From: Octopus sinensis | Lineage: Eukaryota | Length of the DNA: 64,000 bases | Assembly: GCF_006345805.1 (NCBI RefSeq) | Contig: NC_043005.1 | Span: forward strand, 25,606,001 to 25,670,000 | Direction of reading: 5' to 3' | Shown here: piece by piece, positions 25,577 to 38,964 of the stretch | Position numbering within the stretch: position 1 is the first letter of the stretch | Layout of the letters: each line of letters opens with the position of its first letter | Notes under the pieces: model-generated | What the model saw: the letters and a program-made list of their open reading frames with translations, nothing else | Databases searched by the model: none | Told to the model about the DNA's origin: nothing | Program-made: the position numbers and the translations under genes

Positions 25577-26005
25577 TGTGTAAAAGAAAAGCATTACAAA
25601 ATTTCAGACACACTTCAAAGAGTCATGTAGCTCAAACCAGTGTCGATGTTACTGACCAAAGAGGAAGAAATAGATATATTTCTAGTTTTTTCTTGAAAGT
25701 TGTTTCGCTGTAGACGAATTGAAAAACAAGAGAGACTCTCCTCAACAGGCAATATTTGTTCCTTAATGAGTTCAAATTCTGCCGAGGTCGACTTTGCCTT
25801 TCATCCTTTTCGGAGTCGATAAATTAAGTACCAGTTGCGAAATTGAGTCGATCTAATCTGCTGGCCCCCTTCCCAAAACTTTCGGGCCTTGTGCCTAGAG
25901 TAGAAAAGAATATTAGTTCTTTAAGGTTTTCTTAGGTTACAGTAAAATAACAGATGTCGAAATTGGAGGCATTAGAAAGAAGCAAATCGTGAGGTTAAAA
26001 TTTAT
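25577..26005 (+). repeat. Dispersed repeat, diverged direct copy of 23557-23835, interrupted by a SINE
   Basis: Shared cattacaaaat.tcagacacacttcaaaga, gatgttactgaccaaa and ggttacagtaaaa.aacagatgt. Confidence 0.85.
25767..25908 (+). mobile_element. 5'-truncated Meta-domain SINE with ~16-bp TSD
   Basis: gccgaggtcgactttgcctttcatcctttt..gtcgataaattaagtacc; flanked by aatatttgttccttaa (25751-25766) and aatattagttctttaa (25909-25924). Confidence 0.88.
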
Positions 26006-27514
26006 TAAGACTCTGTCAACGAGCATGCAATTTGTGGAGGAAACTCTGGATTAATTTATGCACCATACTCTCAGCCTATCAGGTATAAACCTGGCAGCTA
26101 CCTACTTCAGGTATGAAGGCCTATTATAATTTCTGAACTTGAAATTATCAATTTTATATGCTTATTTGTGAGGAGCCATCGACATTTCGGAAAAGTTATT
26201 GAAAATCATGAAAATGACGATACATTTCCAGAACTCCCTTTCTACTGCATTCAGAGTTGGATGTCGACCAGTAATGAATGTATTGAGTAAGTTTATAGGT
26301 TTGTTAAATCTAGTATTAAGTATCCTATCCTCAAGTAGAAAATGAACGCATGCAAGATTCGTTCTTTCTCACTGATATAGTGAATCGTCAATGAACCCTC
26401 GACTTGGCAAAATACGATTTCTAAGTTTAAACTTACATATTTCAGAATAAAATAAGGACCCTTCAAAAAACTTATGTCCAAGAATCTTCGGTTGCATTCT
26501 TATCTTAGTAAGAAATTAAATATAGTCCATTATATTAAAATAATAGACAAAACACTAGGAAATTACAAGATTGATTGGGAATTTTTTGCCAGGCGTTTGT
26601 TGCCATGTAGAAGTTAAATCTCTACTTTTTCTTTCGGTTTTTGTGACCAAAGAAAGTTGTTCAGTTCACAAAACGTGAACTGCAGATTTGTCTACGAAGG
26701 GAATGAAATTTCAGGAAGACCCCAGTTTAAAGGATATCCTTCTAGACAACGCCTGGGATTTTGAAATAAATTCCAAAAATCTAACATCGAAATCTTACAT
26801 AGAAAACTGGTGTATTATTATTTTCAATTCCCACGCTCTGATGTTGTATATCAATAAAGTACAAACTTAAAAATAAATATCTGAGGTCGCTAATTTGCAC
26901 AAGTTTGAAAAAATTACACGGATAGATTTTCAACAACCGTCTGCCAAAAAGTAAATAGCGTCTTTAATAGCTCAATAATTGTAGAATTGCCTCTTTATCA
27001 TGAAAATATCTTGAAAAGACTAATTTTGTAAGGTAGTAACGGTTTAAAATGTTTAATTCTACGCATTTGCTTTTTATATTTTACATATTTTCACCAATGC
27101 TTTAACCATATATTTACAAATATTAATAAATATCATCAAAAATGTCATTTTGAATTTTACTTTTATTTTTGGCTGTCTAATTTTATTCTTCTCAAACGCA
27201 AATTCGTCTATTTGGCTGCAATGTTCTCGCAGTTCATTACTGAATCAAAGACATTCAATATCATTAAATCAAACTTCAATGAAGATTTGAAAAACATTTT
27301 GAGTAATGATTACAGAAAGTAATACAAATTAGCAGTTTCAAAAAATAAGACTGCTGAATATTATTGCATTCCTTCATAATTGTCTGTAACAAAATGTCTA
27401 AATAACAACGAAAACATGTTTTAATCTTCTAAAACATTCCAGCTATTAATCACCTAAACATTTTTGTAAGATTATCTTACATTAATCAAGTTTGACGGCT
27501 ATATATATTTTGTT

Positions 27515-27815
27515 TTTTCTTCCTTCTCAAGCCACGCCTGGCTAATAAGGGCCGGTTTCCCAGTTACCTTGGCGTATAGGTTCCCTACCTGGACGGGACG
27601 CCGGTTCGTCGCAGGTGAGCTGCAAGATGCAGGAGGAAAGAGCGAGAAAAAATTGTGGCGAAAGTGTCAGCAGAAGTTAGCCATTACCTTCCGCCGGAGC
27701 CGTGTCGAGTTTAGATGTTTCGCTCATAAACACACACATCGCCCGTTCTGAGATTCGAACCCGCGATCCCTCGACCGCGAGTCCACTACTCTAACCACTA
27801 AGCCATGTGCCCCCA
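27515..27815 (-). mobile_element. OR-related SINE carrying a V-domain-like 3' half
   Basis: Head similar to 18096-18479 (TGGCTTAGTGGTTAG..GGTTCGAATC), then CCTGCGACGAACCGGCGTCCCGTCCAGG. Confidence 0.8.
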
Positions 27816-27817
27816 CG

Positions 27818-27924
<107 letters not shown>

Positions 27925-28945
27925 TATATACACACACATATATATGCATGTATATATGCATTCATATGTGTGTGTAGGTAAATACACATACAGTCTCGTA
28001 CTACGCGTATAAATCTACATCCCTAGTAATATAATCTGGGTTACCGTGACGCATTAGTTGAAATAAACTAACATGTTATTTTATTCGTACATACATACAT
28101 ACATACATACCTACATACATACATACATACATATATACATACATATATACATACATAGACGGTGGCCATATTCTCGAGGCATACGTAGCGTGTATTGTGA
28201 CACTGAAACAACATCTGCCACAGAGGAAAGCGACCAGTAACTATCTTATTCAAGTTAGTGACCGTGAAAGCAGCAACATAATTAAGACAGCAAATGAACT
28301 CGAGGAACGGTATGAAACAAGAGTTGATATAAACTTGGCTCCAAGGGCCAGTGGTAACATCTATTTATCAGAAGACCAATATAAACAAACTGGAGCAATC
28401 CATTGTGAGTACAGTACTTGGCACATAAAACACAAACCACTCAAGGGGGTTGATCATGTCCAGTTAGCAGTGTGTAGATCGATAAGGTCAAAAGCTTGTG
28501 TGGGCGCGAGGTCGTGGTGCATCGCGTTTCGTTGCCAGAATCTGAAACTACAGCGAATCGTAACGTGGTCGGAAAGGAGGGTTTTATTCACATAGTACAA
28601 TGGATACCGGTGGTATAGTTACTATACACTAAGTGCAATGTGATTCTATTGAATATCGTTGATATGGGTACAAGTTGAGACGGGACAAATTTGTTCATGA
28701 ATTCAAGAAGTGATTTTATTTCTGCTCTTTCTAGCGTACAAAAACATCCACCATCTTCAATGTATGTGTCTTCGACCACTTTAAGCTATTGTAAATTTCT
28801 ACTAATTACCAACTTATAAGTGGATGTTTCGCATTGCGTATTTTACAGATGAAGCATTGACCTTGTTGGTGTCATTTCCTTACCTAAAATTTATATTTTT
28901 TGTAGGGGTTCTGAATAAGAGGAGAAGATGCGAGACGACCACCAA

Positions 28946-29862
28946 AAGTGGCCGTGCAAAAGTTTTCGGCCACTTCACATAAACCACTCAAGATACAGTG
29001 TTTTAAAACAGAAAAATGTCTAAAAAGAAACCTTATTACATAACGTTCATTTCAAGAAGTTACTGTACATTGTTAATATTTCGTGTGGTTTCCCTTGACT
29101 TGAATAATTGTGTCAGTGCATCTGGGAAGACATGCGTGCAAATCTTTCACCATCTTCACAGGCATGAAATGCCATTCTCTGTGGTTGAGCCCCTGGATTC
29201 TTCTGATGAACTTTTCTCTTTAGTTCTGTCCATATTTGCTCGATGATATTTAAGTAAGGGCTCTGAGATGGCCAATGTTTCAATACGGCAACACCTTCAT
29301 TAGCCAGAGTCTGCTGTGTATGTATGTATACATACACACACACACACGCACATACGCACGCACACACATGTGTATAAACGTAAATGAATATAGATATATA
29401 TTGATATATTTCTGTGTATGTATGTATGTATGTATGTATGTATGTATGTATGTATGTATGTATGTATGTATGTATGTGTGTATAGAGGTGTGGATATTCT
29501 AGACAATATGGTGCAATCACTTTTCGGGACACACTTCAAAATATTTTATCTCGTAATCGATTTGCTGTTTTTGTTCAGTTTCGAAGGCTGCAAGATATTA
29601 TTTCGTAACGAGCTACATCTTCATCTGCTGTTCTTCACTGCTTCTTAGGTTTATTTCTCCTAAACTACAAGACCCTTTTCTCTATCGACGTAAGAAGCTG
29701 CACAACGTGTTTTACAACGCGCTTCCAATCCACTTATTATCTTAGTTTTTTTTTTTCTCCCCACGAACATGCCTCTGCTGCTCACCCAAAACTCGGCCCT
29801 TATTTAGCAAATTACTCGTTCATTACTTCCCTGAATATATAACTTTGATGCACCTTCCACTG
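28946..29862 (-). mobile_element. Internally deleted Tc1-like element with a microsatellite in the middle
   Basis: WPSQSPYLNIIEQIW (Tc1 WPSQSPDLNPIE) near 29230-29280. TIR-like aagtggccgtgcaaaagttttcggccac at the left and ..CCACTG-TA at the right. That both halves form one element is inferred. Confidence 0.7.
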
Positions 29863-30067
29863 TATAATTTTCGTACACACGTCAATTTGAACTTACTTCG
29901 ACAACAACAAAACAACAAGTAAATCAAACTGGACTGTGGTCATTGTCGTTGCCGTTGTTTAGTCTCAGATCATCTCTAAAACATTGTACTTACCATCAAA
30001 AGTGTTTCCACCACTTTCAGGTTTTCTTGATTTTAGTTTCAGAAAATATTAGACAGAAAATATGCAA

Positions 30068-30184
<117 letters not shown>

Positions 30185-30415
30185 CACATACATACACTCA
30201 CACACACATACACTCACATACACACACAACATGCACACAATCACACTCGAACACACACACGTATATACATGTAGATACACTCACAAAAACACACATATGC
30301 ATATTTGTTTAATATTTGTTTTAATATTGGCGAAAATTATTTGATATTTACCTCAAAGATCACGCAATTCGTTTTAATTGAGTCCATAAATTGTTAACTT
30401 TTAAAAGAAAAGTAG

Positions 30416-30588
30416 CTCTATCGACGTAAGAAGCTGCATAACGTGTTTCACAACACACTTCCAATCCGCTTATTATCTTAGTTTTTCCCGCCACCAACAT
30501 GCTTCTGCTGCTCACCCAAAACTCGGCCCTGATTTAGCAAATTACTCGTTCATTATTTCCCTGAATATATAACTTTGAGGCACCTTCC
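30416..30588. repeat. Direct duplicate of 29680-29858
   Basis: ctctatcgacgtaagaagctgca ... ctgaatatataactttga.gcaccttcc occurs in both. Confidence 0.9.
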
Positions 30589-30745
30589 TGTTAGTCTCGC
30601 TGATGATAGCTAACAAACCGAAATTTCGAAGTTTCTCTGAAAAAAAAAAACACATTCGCATGTAAAAAGCTTATATTTACTTACACATTTGTGTGAGTGG
30701 ATAGACAGACAAATTGCTATAAATACATATATACGTGTGTGTGTA

Positions 30746-31126
30746 CACTACCGTCAGAAATTAATTAGCACCCTTGATTTGCTCTTCACTCAAGGTATGT
30801 GCTGTCACCTAGTGGCCATATCTCGAACTATTGCTTTGTTGCGAGTTCACTGTTGCGAAGAACGATCACGTAACTTTGTTTGCAGAGCAGTTTGAGAGTC
30901 TACAGCCTTATGATGTTGACATAGCAGTGCAACAACAACTTGGCGTGCGGATGCAGACAAATCTTCCTTTGTTTAATAGATATAGGTAGCGCCTCGCAAG
31001 GACCGAAATCACACCATACTAAGTTTTCTCATCGCGTAAGACGTTTTGAACAGCTCATAAGGTTAATTGATTTAACCTATTTAATGTAGAAATTTGAGAA
31101 GTGCTAATTAATTTCTGACGCAAGTG
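30746..31126. mobile_element. Tc1-type MITE with ~26-bp TIRs and TA TSD
   Basis: TA-CACTACCGTCAGAAATTAATTAGCAC ... GTGCTAATTAATTTCTGACGCAAGTG-TA. Confidence 0.88.
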
Positions 31127-32225
31127 TATGTAATATATTGAGAGAAAATATGGGAGAAATTGAAAAACCATACGATCAAATGCGTCTGTATGTAAAGAAT
31201 AGATGGATTTGAGGCTGATATGGCCTTGTGTCTTGTGATTCAACTTGGTATTCACCTTGCCTAGGATTGAACTCAGAACGTCTAGGTGACTTCACTGCAT
31301 TAACCAGTACTTTTATTCACTCTTCTATACCCGTAAGCGTGTCAGAGGGAATTTCTAAGACTTATGAACCTACATTGATGTCCTGTATCGGCTCTGTACC
31401 GACTGGATAATACAATTCTATATTTCTGAGATGAAGAAATTTATATGTATTAGACAGATTTTTGTCCTCATCTTCCTTGTTGCTTTCACTACGATTCAGT
31501 TGTTGTATGCTTCAACCTTCTTCGGATGTCTTAATACAAAATGTTTTGTTTCAGTTCTATACCTGACTTATTTGCCAAACAAAACGAAAGACCTTATTCA
31601 ATCGACGCATCATCTATTTCACTACACAGAACGACACATCTTCTACCTTGTCATACTGACCAAAAGATTATTTTCCATTCAGTTATGTCTGTTCTTTTAA
31701 AAAAAAACTGCTGTGGCTTTAATACGTTACACACGGACAAAAAATCCTCATTTATTCTGCACTTCCGTGTTTCGACACTGCACCGAAAGTTTTTCTCATT
31801 CATTCTACACTGCTTCGGTATTTCCACACTAAATCGAGAGATATTGTCATTCATTCTACTCCAATCTTAACATGTGATATTGAACAAAACATCACTTTCA
31901 TTCGATACGTCTCTCTCCAAAGATTTCTCACTAATCACACGCCAAAGTTTACACATTAATTCCCAGTAATTCTGTCAAAATATACGATCTATCACTTTTA
32001 CAGAAACCTGTAGGGGCTTCTCTCCTGTGGTCTACAGCTACACAAGGCATTTCCTATGGAGCGGAGACTTTTACTATTAAATATTTTACGTGCAATCTAA
32101 CAACATAGCAACACCTCATATACACATAGCATATTTACAAACACATATCCATATAACTATGCGTTAATGTTCTTTCTACAAACAAGCCCGCATACATGCA
32201 CATACACGGACATCCAACACACTTC

Positions 32226-32268
<43 letters not shown>

Positions 32269-33498
32269 AGGAGAAGATAAACATATAAATACTCACACGC
32301 AGTAATAATATTCAGCTATCAGAAAGAGAGAAAACAAAAGCAAAATGATCTTCGAGAAATACATCAAATGATCTTTGTTGCTTCATACACAATTAGAAGA
32401 GTTGAATTGGTTGTTTAAAATCTTGCAATGTGTAACGTTTTACATTTTTATTCCGTGTTATTGTAATATTTTATGTAGGCTGCAGTGTTGACTCCCACTG
32501 CAAGCAGTTGTCAATATAGCAGTAAAAATTTGCTGTTTGCTGCAATTTTTCTCAGCTTGAAGTGTACTATGTGTGATGGATTTATGAATTAATGAATTTA
32601 CGTGGTAGAATAGAAGTAAGGTGGCGATGTGTGTTTTTAATTATTGTTGCAGTCGCTGTAATGTTTTCACCGAGGGCATAATGTTTCAAATTATTTCATT
32701 CTACAAAATGTCAGTTTTATAAAATATGAAAAAGAGAAACATAATGTATTACTACTTGTTTTTTTTGAGTTAAAATTCAAATTAATGAGGGAATATCTTT
32801 TTAAATGAATTATTCCGCGTCCAATCGTTTATTGAGGACATGTCGATTTCAGCTTAAAATAAAATCCCTCGTGAAATTTGCAAACAATTTTGCAGAATGT
32901 TTACATAAGATATATAAATATATAAATTTTACTGTCAAACAATAAATAAAATTATGACAGAGATCGGTAGTAAATCAGGTTTCTATGTGGGCATTTGGTA
33001 GCTCATATTTTGTCATCGTTTTAGCATCGTATCCAGAGTTAAGCCCCACCCTGCTCGCTAGAAATTCTAGAAGAGCTTATCGGTGGATGCAGAGACACAA
33101 CGGGTAACATGAACAATTCATTAATTTGCGGAGTGGAGTTCAGTTTCACGTAAGAATTATATATTGTGGATAAATGAAAACGAATCTAATATTTTTTATC
33201 GCAATCAATGAAAGGTGGCGTCAGCGATTATAGGTTTCCAATGGACTGACAATGACAATTTATCGAAACTTGGGAGGAGAGAGGATAACAAGAGGGTTGG
33301 CTATATTGACTAAGGTAAATATGCCCCATCCACATTACACCCTTCCAAAAACGAAATACAAATAATAAGGGAGAAAGATTCATATTAATAAAAATATAAT
33401 TAATGGTTAACAATGGTAGGTGTGCCTGTTTCTTTCTGATATCTACGAACGCACACATATGTATACACACATATATACACACATATATATATATTCAA

Positions 33499-33535
<37 letters not shown>

Positions 33536-33587
33536 ATATATACATATACATATACATATATATAAATACATATATATTATGTGTGTG

Positions 33588-33624
<37 letters not shown>

Positions 33625-33944
33625 GAATGAATACATATATGTTTCTACGTACATAAATATGCACATATATATGTATGTATGTATGTATATATGTATGTAT
33701 ATGTATACAGTCACATACACACATACACAAACAAGTATGCACACACATGCATATATATTATTATATCATACGTTGATACTGTGTGCTCTAAGATCCCCGT
33801 TGACAGGCCACTGGTATTTATAGAGTGTTAAGCATATTCAGTATGCAAATTAGGGACTCCTTCATAGAGTAACTGCTGCATTTGTTGAGTATATGAACAG
33901 ATTATCTGATTTTTTGGCTGGAGAGAGTTAGAATGATGTGGGCC

Positions 33945-33985
33945 CCTCTGAAGAGAACCTTGTAATGTTCGAAAATCCATTAAGG
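33945..33985 (+). ncRNA. Minimal type I hammerhead ribozyme motif
   Basis: CCU-CUGAAGA-GAAC-cuuguaau-GUUC-GAAA-AUCCAU-UA-AGG. Confidence 0.7.
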
Positions 33986-34169
33986 CTGTTCATGATTTTC
34001 TGTAATCTCCAAAAATGGCTAAAATTTGCCCTGTTTATAATAATACCATATGTTACACACACACACACACACACATATAAATATATATACACAAAGACAT
34101 ATATATATATAAACTGAAGAATTACTACGTTTTGTGAAGAATATACTTTTAGATGAGCGGTGACCATGA

Positions 34170-35115
34170 CTTCGAAGTTTCCAAACTCCATTTAACATAG
34201 AAGTTTCAACCAACATATCTAGAAACATTCTGACCGCTAATTAAGGAATATTTCATTGCAACCCATATTCATTCGAAACTTTTCAACGCCCACAAGATCA
34301 AGGTAAGTTACTTCTGATGAGACAACATTGGTTCTAAAATCACACGCTACGATAGTCGTAAAAACACACCTACATGATATAAGTAATTAGAACTGATGTC
34401 GCTAAATAATGTATGGAGGACTGAACCAGATTACTTTTCAATTTATTACACTCTTCATGTTTGGGCGAGGTAGTGGGTTTGATTTCAATTCATATTAACT
34501 TATCACTTCTCTCTAATTCCTTGTTAGAAGATTACTATATCCCCTAACAGTTTTGAGATTGTTACATTTGTGGTTGTGGGTAGGCTTCTCCTTAAAGTTG
34601 GATACATGGTTGATGTTTCTATAAATTTGCATAGTTTCTTCGTTGAGACCACGGTCAAAGTAGAAATCGCCCGTCTTCAGGTCTAGAGTTACGTCTGGTA
34701 AATCGAACTTTGCGAAGAAGGTGGTGACCGTTATAGATAATTCGGATCCTTTAAAGCACTTTATCAGCGCCTTGCTGAAATTTTCCATGTCCTGGCCTAT
34801 CGTATGGTATAAAGTAGCCTGCAGGATCCTTCAATACCGAAATGGTTTCTCCTGAGTGCATTAAATTTCATTAGGCAATTCACAGAAATTGGGGACTTTG
34901 TCATTAAATACATCATGAACGCTGGAAATCAAACTTAGTTCACGATGATTCCTACTAGGAGATGGAGGAAGGCGACCTACTCTTCGACATATCAATGGGG
35001 AGTTGTGACGGGGCAGAAATCGCCGGCCTCGTCGGGTTATTTATCCTGGAAGCTCTAAGGAAACGCGCACACTCATATAGCTCGGCCTTGTACAGGAGTG
35101 GTGATCTAGCAATCT
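34170..35115. pseudogene. Penelope-like retroelement RT fragments in mixed orientation
   Basis: Plus 34170-34360: TPFNIEVSTNI..KLFNAHKIKVSY. Minus 34513-34825: KALIKCFK..LPDVTLDLKTG..NH. Plus 34826-35115: PSIP..ALNF..FDISMGSCDGAEIAGLVGLFIL..LYRSG. Confidence 0.8.
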
Positions 35116-35545
35116 AAAGCCATATAAAGTGAATAAAATAACAAATTAATATCAAAAAGAAAATTTAACAGGGTAGAACAAACATCAGAAAATTTAATGC
35201 ATGTATTTAAGAAATATAACGAAAGACTAAAGTAGAAAAATTTATATTACTAATTTTGTCTTCAGCAAAAGAATTGTACATACGGAGAGAATGTACAACA
35301 GCGAATTATTCTTCCTCTAAAAGCAAATCATGTTTTCAAGGAACAGTAAACATATAAATGGAAAGACAAATTACCGTACTGTATTTGACTGATGTAACCA
35401 AAGATGATATAACTATTACAGAATGTTGTTTCTCTATGGTAACAAATGCTATAAACTTAATACTCAGGTTTAATGACACAATATAAACGCGATCATTCAG
35501 CGCACGCTTTTCGTGGTTTGAAATGCAGGGTCACGAACATATATA

Positions 35546-35590
<45 letters not shown>

Positions 35591-35854
35591 GAGACACAGA
35601 CACGCACACAGGCACACACGCGTGCGCGGCCACGCATATAGCGGTATTAACGTCTGATTTTATGTCGAGTTATAAAACTAATTTAACATTAAACTGAAAA
35701 ATTACTATGTGCTTTTCGTAGACTACTTATTTACTATATCTTTACATCATGACTGACTATCAACTCGAAGTCATTATAATTTCTCTCCTTGTAAATGTAT
35801 GATTAATATATATATATATTAATCATAATTTTATATATATGTATTAATCATACT

Positions 35855-35928
<74 letters not shown>

Positions 35929-36006
35929 ATATATAAAGTGATGATATGTCGCCAAATAAATGTGACAGTCCCATGAAAGGGAAGAATGCTACTGCTATTT
36001 AACCCA

Positions 36007-36043
<37 letters not shown>

Positions 36044-36077
36044 TGTATATGTACATGTATGTGTATATGTATATATG

Positions 36078-36115
<38 letters not shown>

Positions 36116-36116
36116 T

Positions 36117-36498
36117 GGAAGCACTCCGTCGGTTACGACGACGAGGGTTCCGGTTGATCCGAATCAACGGAACAGCCTGCTCGTGAAATTAACGTGTAAG
36201 TGGCTGAGCACTCCACAAACACGTGTACCCTTAACGTAGTTCTCGGAGATATTCAGCGTGACACAGAGAGTGACAAGGCCGGCCCTTTGAAATACAGGTA
36301 CAACAGAAACAGGAAGCAAGAGTGAGAGAAAGTTGTGGTGAAAGAGTACAGCAGGGATCACCACCATCCCCTGCCGGAGCCTCGTGGAGCTTTAGGTATT
36401 TTCGCTCAATAAACACTCACAACGCCCGGTCTGGGAATCGAAACCGCGATCCTATGACCGCGAGTCCGTTGCCCTAACCACTGGGCCATTGCTCCTCA
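36117..36498 (-). mobile_element. OR-type SINE, near-identical to 18096-18479
   Basis: Direct sequence match. Confidence 0.92.
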
Positions 36499-36503
36499 TA
36501 TAT

Positions 36504-36561
<58 letters not shown>

Positions 36562-36975
36562 GTATGTATGTATGTATATGTATGTATATATGTATGTATG
36601 TATTGTTGACGTAGAACACGTCATCTCTTCAAGAGATGGTGATTCGAGTCACTTAGGTAGCCTTTGACATTGTGTTGAAAATGGTTTTTGATGCTAGTAT
36701 TATATGCTACTCTTTATAGTTCTATGCTTGTGATTCGACATCCACTATTCCAGACACATATACACCTATATATGTGTTTTTGTGTGTGAGAGTGTGTGTG
36801 TGTACGAGTGAGTAGACAAACGAACGAAAGGTACTCAGCCAGTTTATTAGTGTAGGGGTCAAAACAGTTTGATTCAAATTCTGCCTCTGTGGAAACCTAC
36901 AGAATGAGTTAAATGACAGAATGAGTTAAGAAATCCAATGCAATAAATAGATTTCATAACATTTATCAAGAAAAG

Positions 36976-37023
36976 GTCTTACAGCTGTTTCCGGGATATT
37001 TTATATATTCCTTCATCAGATAC
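36976..37023 (-). ncRNA. Type I hammerhead ribozyme motif
   Basis: Minus strand: GUAU-CUGAUGA-a-GGaAUAU..AUAUcCC-g-GAAA-CAGCUG-UA-AGAC; one mismatch in stem I. Confidence 0.7.
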
Positions 37024-37153
37024 AGTGTGAGAAAATCGTTGACTATTAATTATTGTAGAAAAGATATGAAATACAAGGGGAAGTAAGGGGATGAAAGTAG
37101 CAGTGACATACATAAGGATATTATATTTGCAGTTCCATTATTCAAGTAGAATG

Positions 37154-37202
<49 letters not shown>

Positions 37203-37377
37203 TATATATATATATATATATATATATCAAAAGAAGCAACAAAGAATCCAGAGATTACTTCAGGATATCCTTGTTACTTATTTTGATTTTAATCATCTTA
37301 CTTTGAAATTTTATGGATAATACCGTACTAAATTCTGGTGCCTCAACTTAAGTACCATATTTGTCTGATTCATCTCA

Positions 37378-37457
<80 letters not shown>

Positions 37458-37490
37458 TGATCAAAATAAAAACATGATGCGAAGGACTCA

Positions 37491-37568
37491 GCGGTACATA
37501 TGTTTCGGGCCTTTATTAGACAGATTTATAACAATGCATAATGTATGTCTGTGGCCTTCTTCAGCCGC
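37491..37568 (-). ncRNA. Type I hammerhead ribozyme motif (left arm)
   Basis: Reverse complement of the motif at 38299-38375. Confidence 0.8.
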
Positions 37569-38298
37569 GCACAACAGCTTCCACAAGAACATGTGTTACA
37601 TCAGAAATTCTTGGTTGGGGATGCAAATCCTCCCATTCGCGTACGACATAATGCGGCAGCAGCATAGAATTGAAGCGTCCATCTCTTTCTTCTCTCAATG
37701 TAGGATGAGGAAAAATGGATGTTGAAGTAATGTAAATAAATAATACATGATTATACGTGAAGATGGGCGAGAATTCAGGACGATGGATAAAAAATGTATA
37801 AGAAGTGTAAGTATAGAAAAATAAAAATGTAGAGCATAAAGATATAAAGAGATATAAGAGATGTAAAGGGGGTATAAAGAATATAAAGAAATATAAAGAA
37901 ATATAAATAATGTAAAGGCATAAGGTTATAAAGTAAAAATAGAAATAGAAATAAAAAAAAGTAAAAAAACATGATAAAAATGTAACAAAATATAAAAAAA
38001 TATAAAGATATATCTCTTTATATCTTTATGCTCTACATTTTTATATTTTTCTATACTTACACTTCTTATACATTTTTATCCCTCGTCCTGAATTCTCGCC
38101 CATCTTCACGTATATACATGTATTTATTTATTTACATTACTTCAACATCCATTTTTCCTCATCCTACATTGAGAGAAGAAAGAGATGGACGCTTCAATTC
38201 TATGCTGCTGCCGCATTATGTCGTACGCGAATGGGAGGATTTGCATCCCCAACCAAGAATTTCTGATGTAACACATGTCCTTGTGGAAGCTGTTGTGC

Positions 38299-38375
38299 GC
38301 GGCTGAAGAAGGCCACAGACATACATTATGCATTGTTATAATCTGTCTAATAAAGGCCCGAAACATATGTACCGC
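38299..38375 (+). ncRNA. Type I hammerhead ribozyme motif (right arm)
   Basis: GCGG-CUGAAGA-a-GGCC..ACAGA/UCUGU..GGCC-c-GAAA-CAUAUG-UA-CCGC; GUA at 38369-38371. Confidence 0.82.
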
Positions 38376-38488
38376 TGAGTCCTTCGTATCATGTTTTTAT
38401 TTTGATCAATTTACTCCACCACCTACACCACCAAACGGTATACACAGGTGCTTATAATTATCAAGTACTCACCCCGAATTCTATACTC

Positions 38489-38566
<78 letters not shown>

Positions 38567-38933
38567 CATATATACATATACATATATGTGCGTGTTTGTA
38601 TGCCTGTGTCAGTGAGTTTGTGTGTGGGTATATATGTGGATGTGTACGTATGTGTGCGTGTTTGTGTGCGTATGTATGTGTGTGTATCTGTGTATGTATG
38701 CGTGTGTGCGTATCATCACATTTGCTCACGACTAAATCTTCTGTATATTTCTAAAAGTGTAAATTCGCTCGCATTACCCGACTGATAATTATAGAGAGCC
38801 TTATATGACATTGTATGCAAGTAGAAACTGGTGATGATGATGTTGATGGTGGTGATAATGAATGTGATGATGATGATTGTGATGATTATGATGATGATGA
38901 TGATGATGATGATGATGCCGTTGATGGTGGTGG

Positions 38934-38964
<31 letters not shown>

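Larger units (their letters stand above)
37454..38412. mobile_element. Young inverted-repeat element (arms 37454-37856 and 38009-38412), Penelope inverted-pLTR-like, flanked by (TA)n
   Basis: ~400-bp arms are near-perfect reverse complements around a ~150-bp A-rich spacer. Confidence 0.9.

Noticed and set aside
28197-28595. 132-aa non-repetitive ORF as a possible host exon
   Set aside because: No recognisable motif, a GTG start and no supporting neighbouring exons; it would need BLAST or RNA-seq evidence.
30597-30640. CTGATGA..CCGAAA-tttcgaag-tt
   Set aside because: Stems I and II do not pair convincingly.
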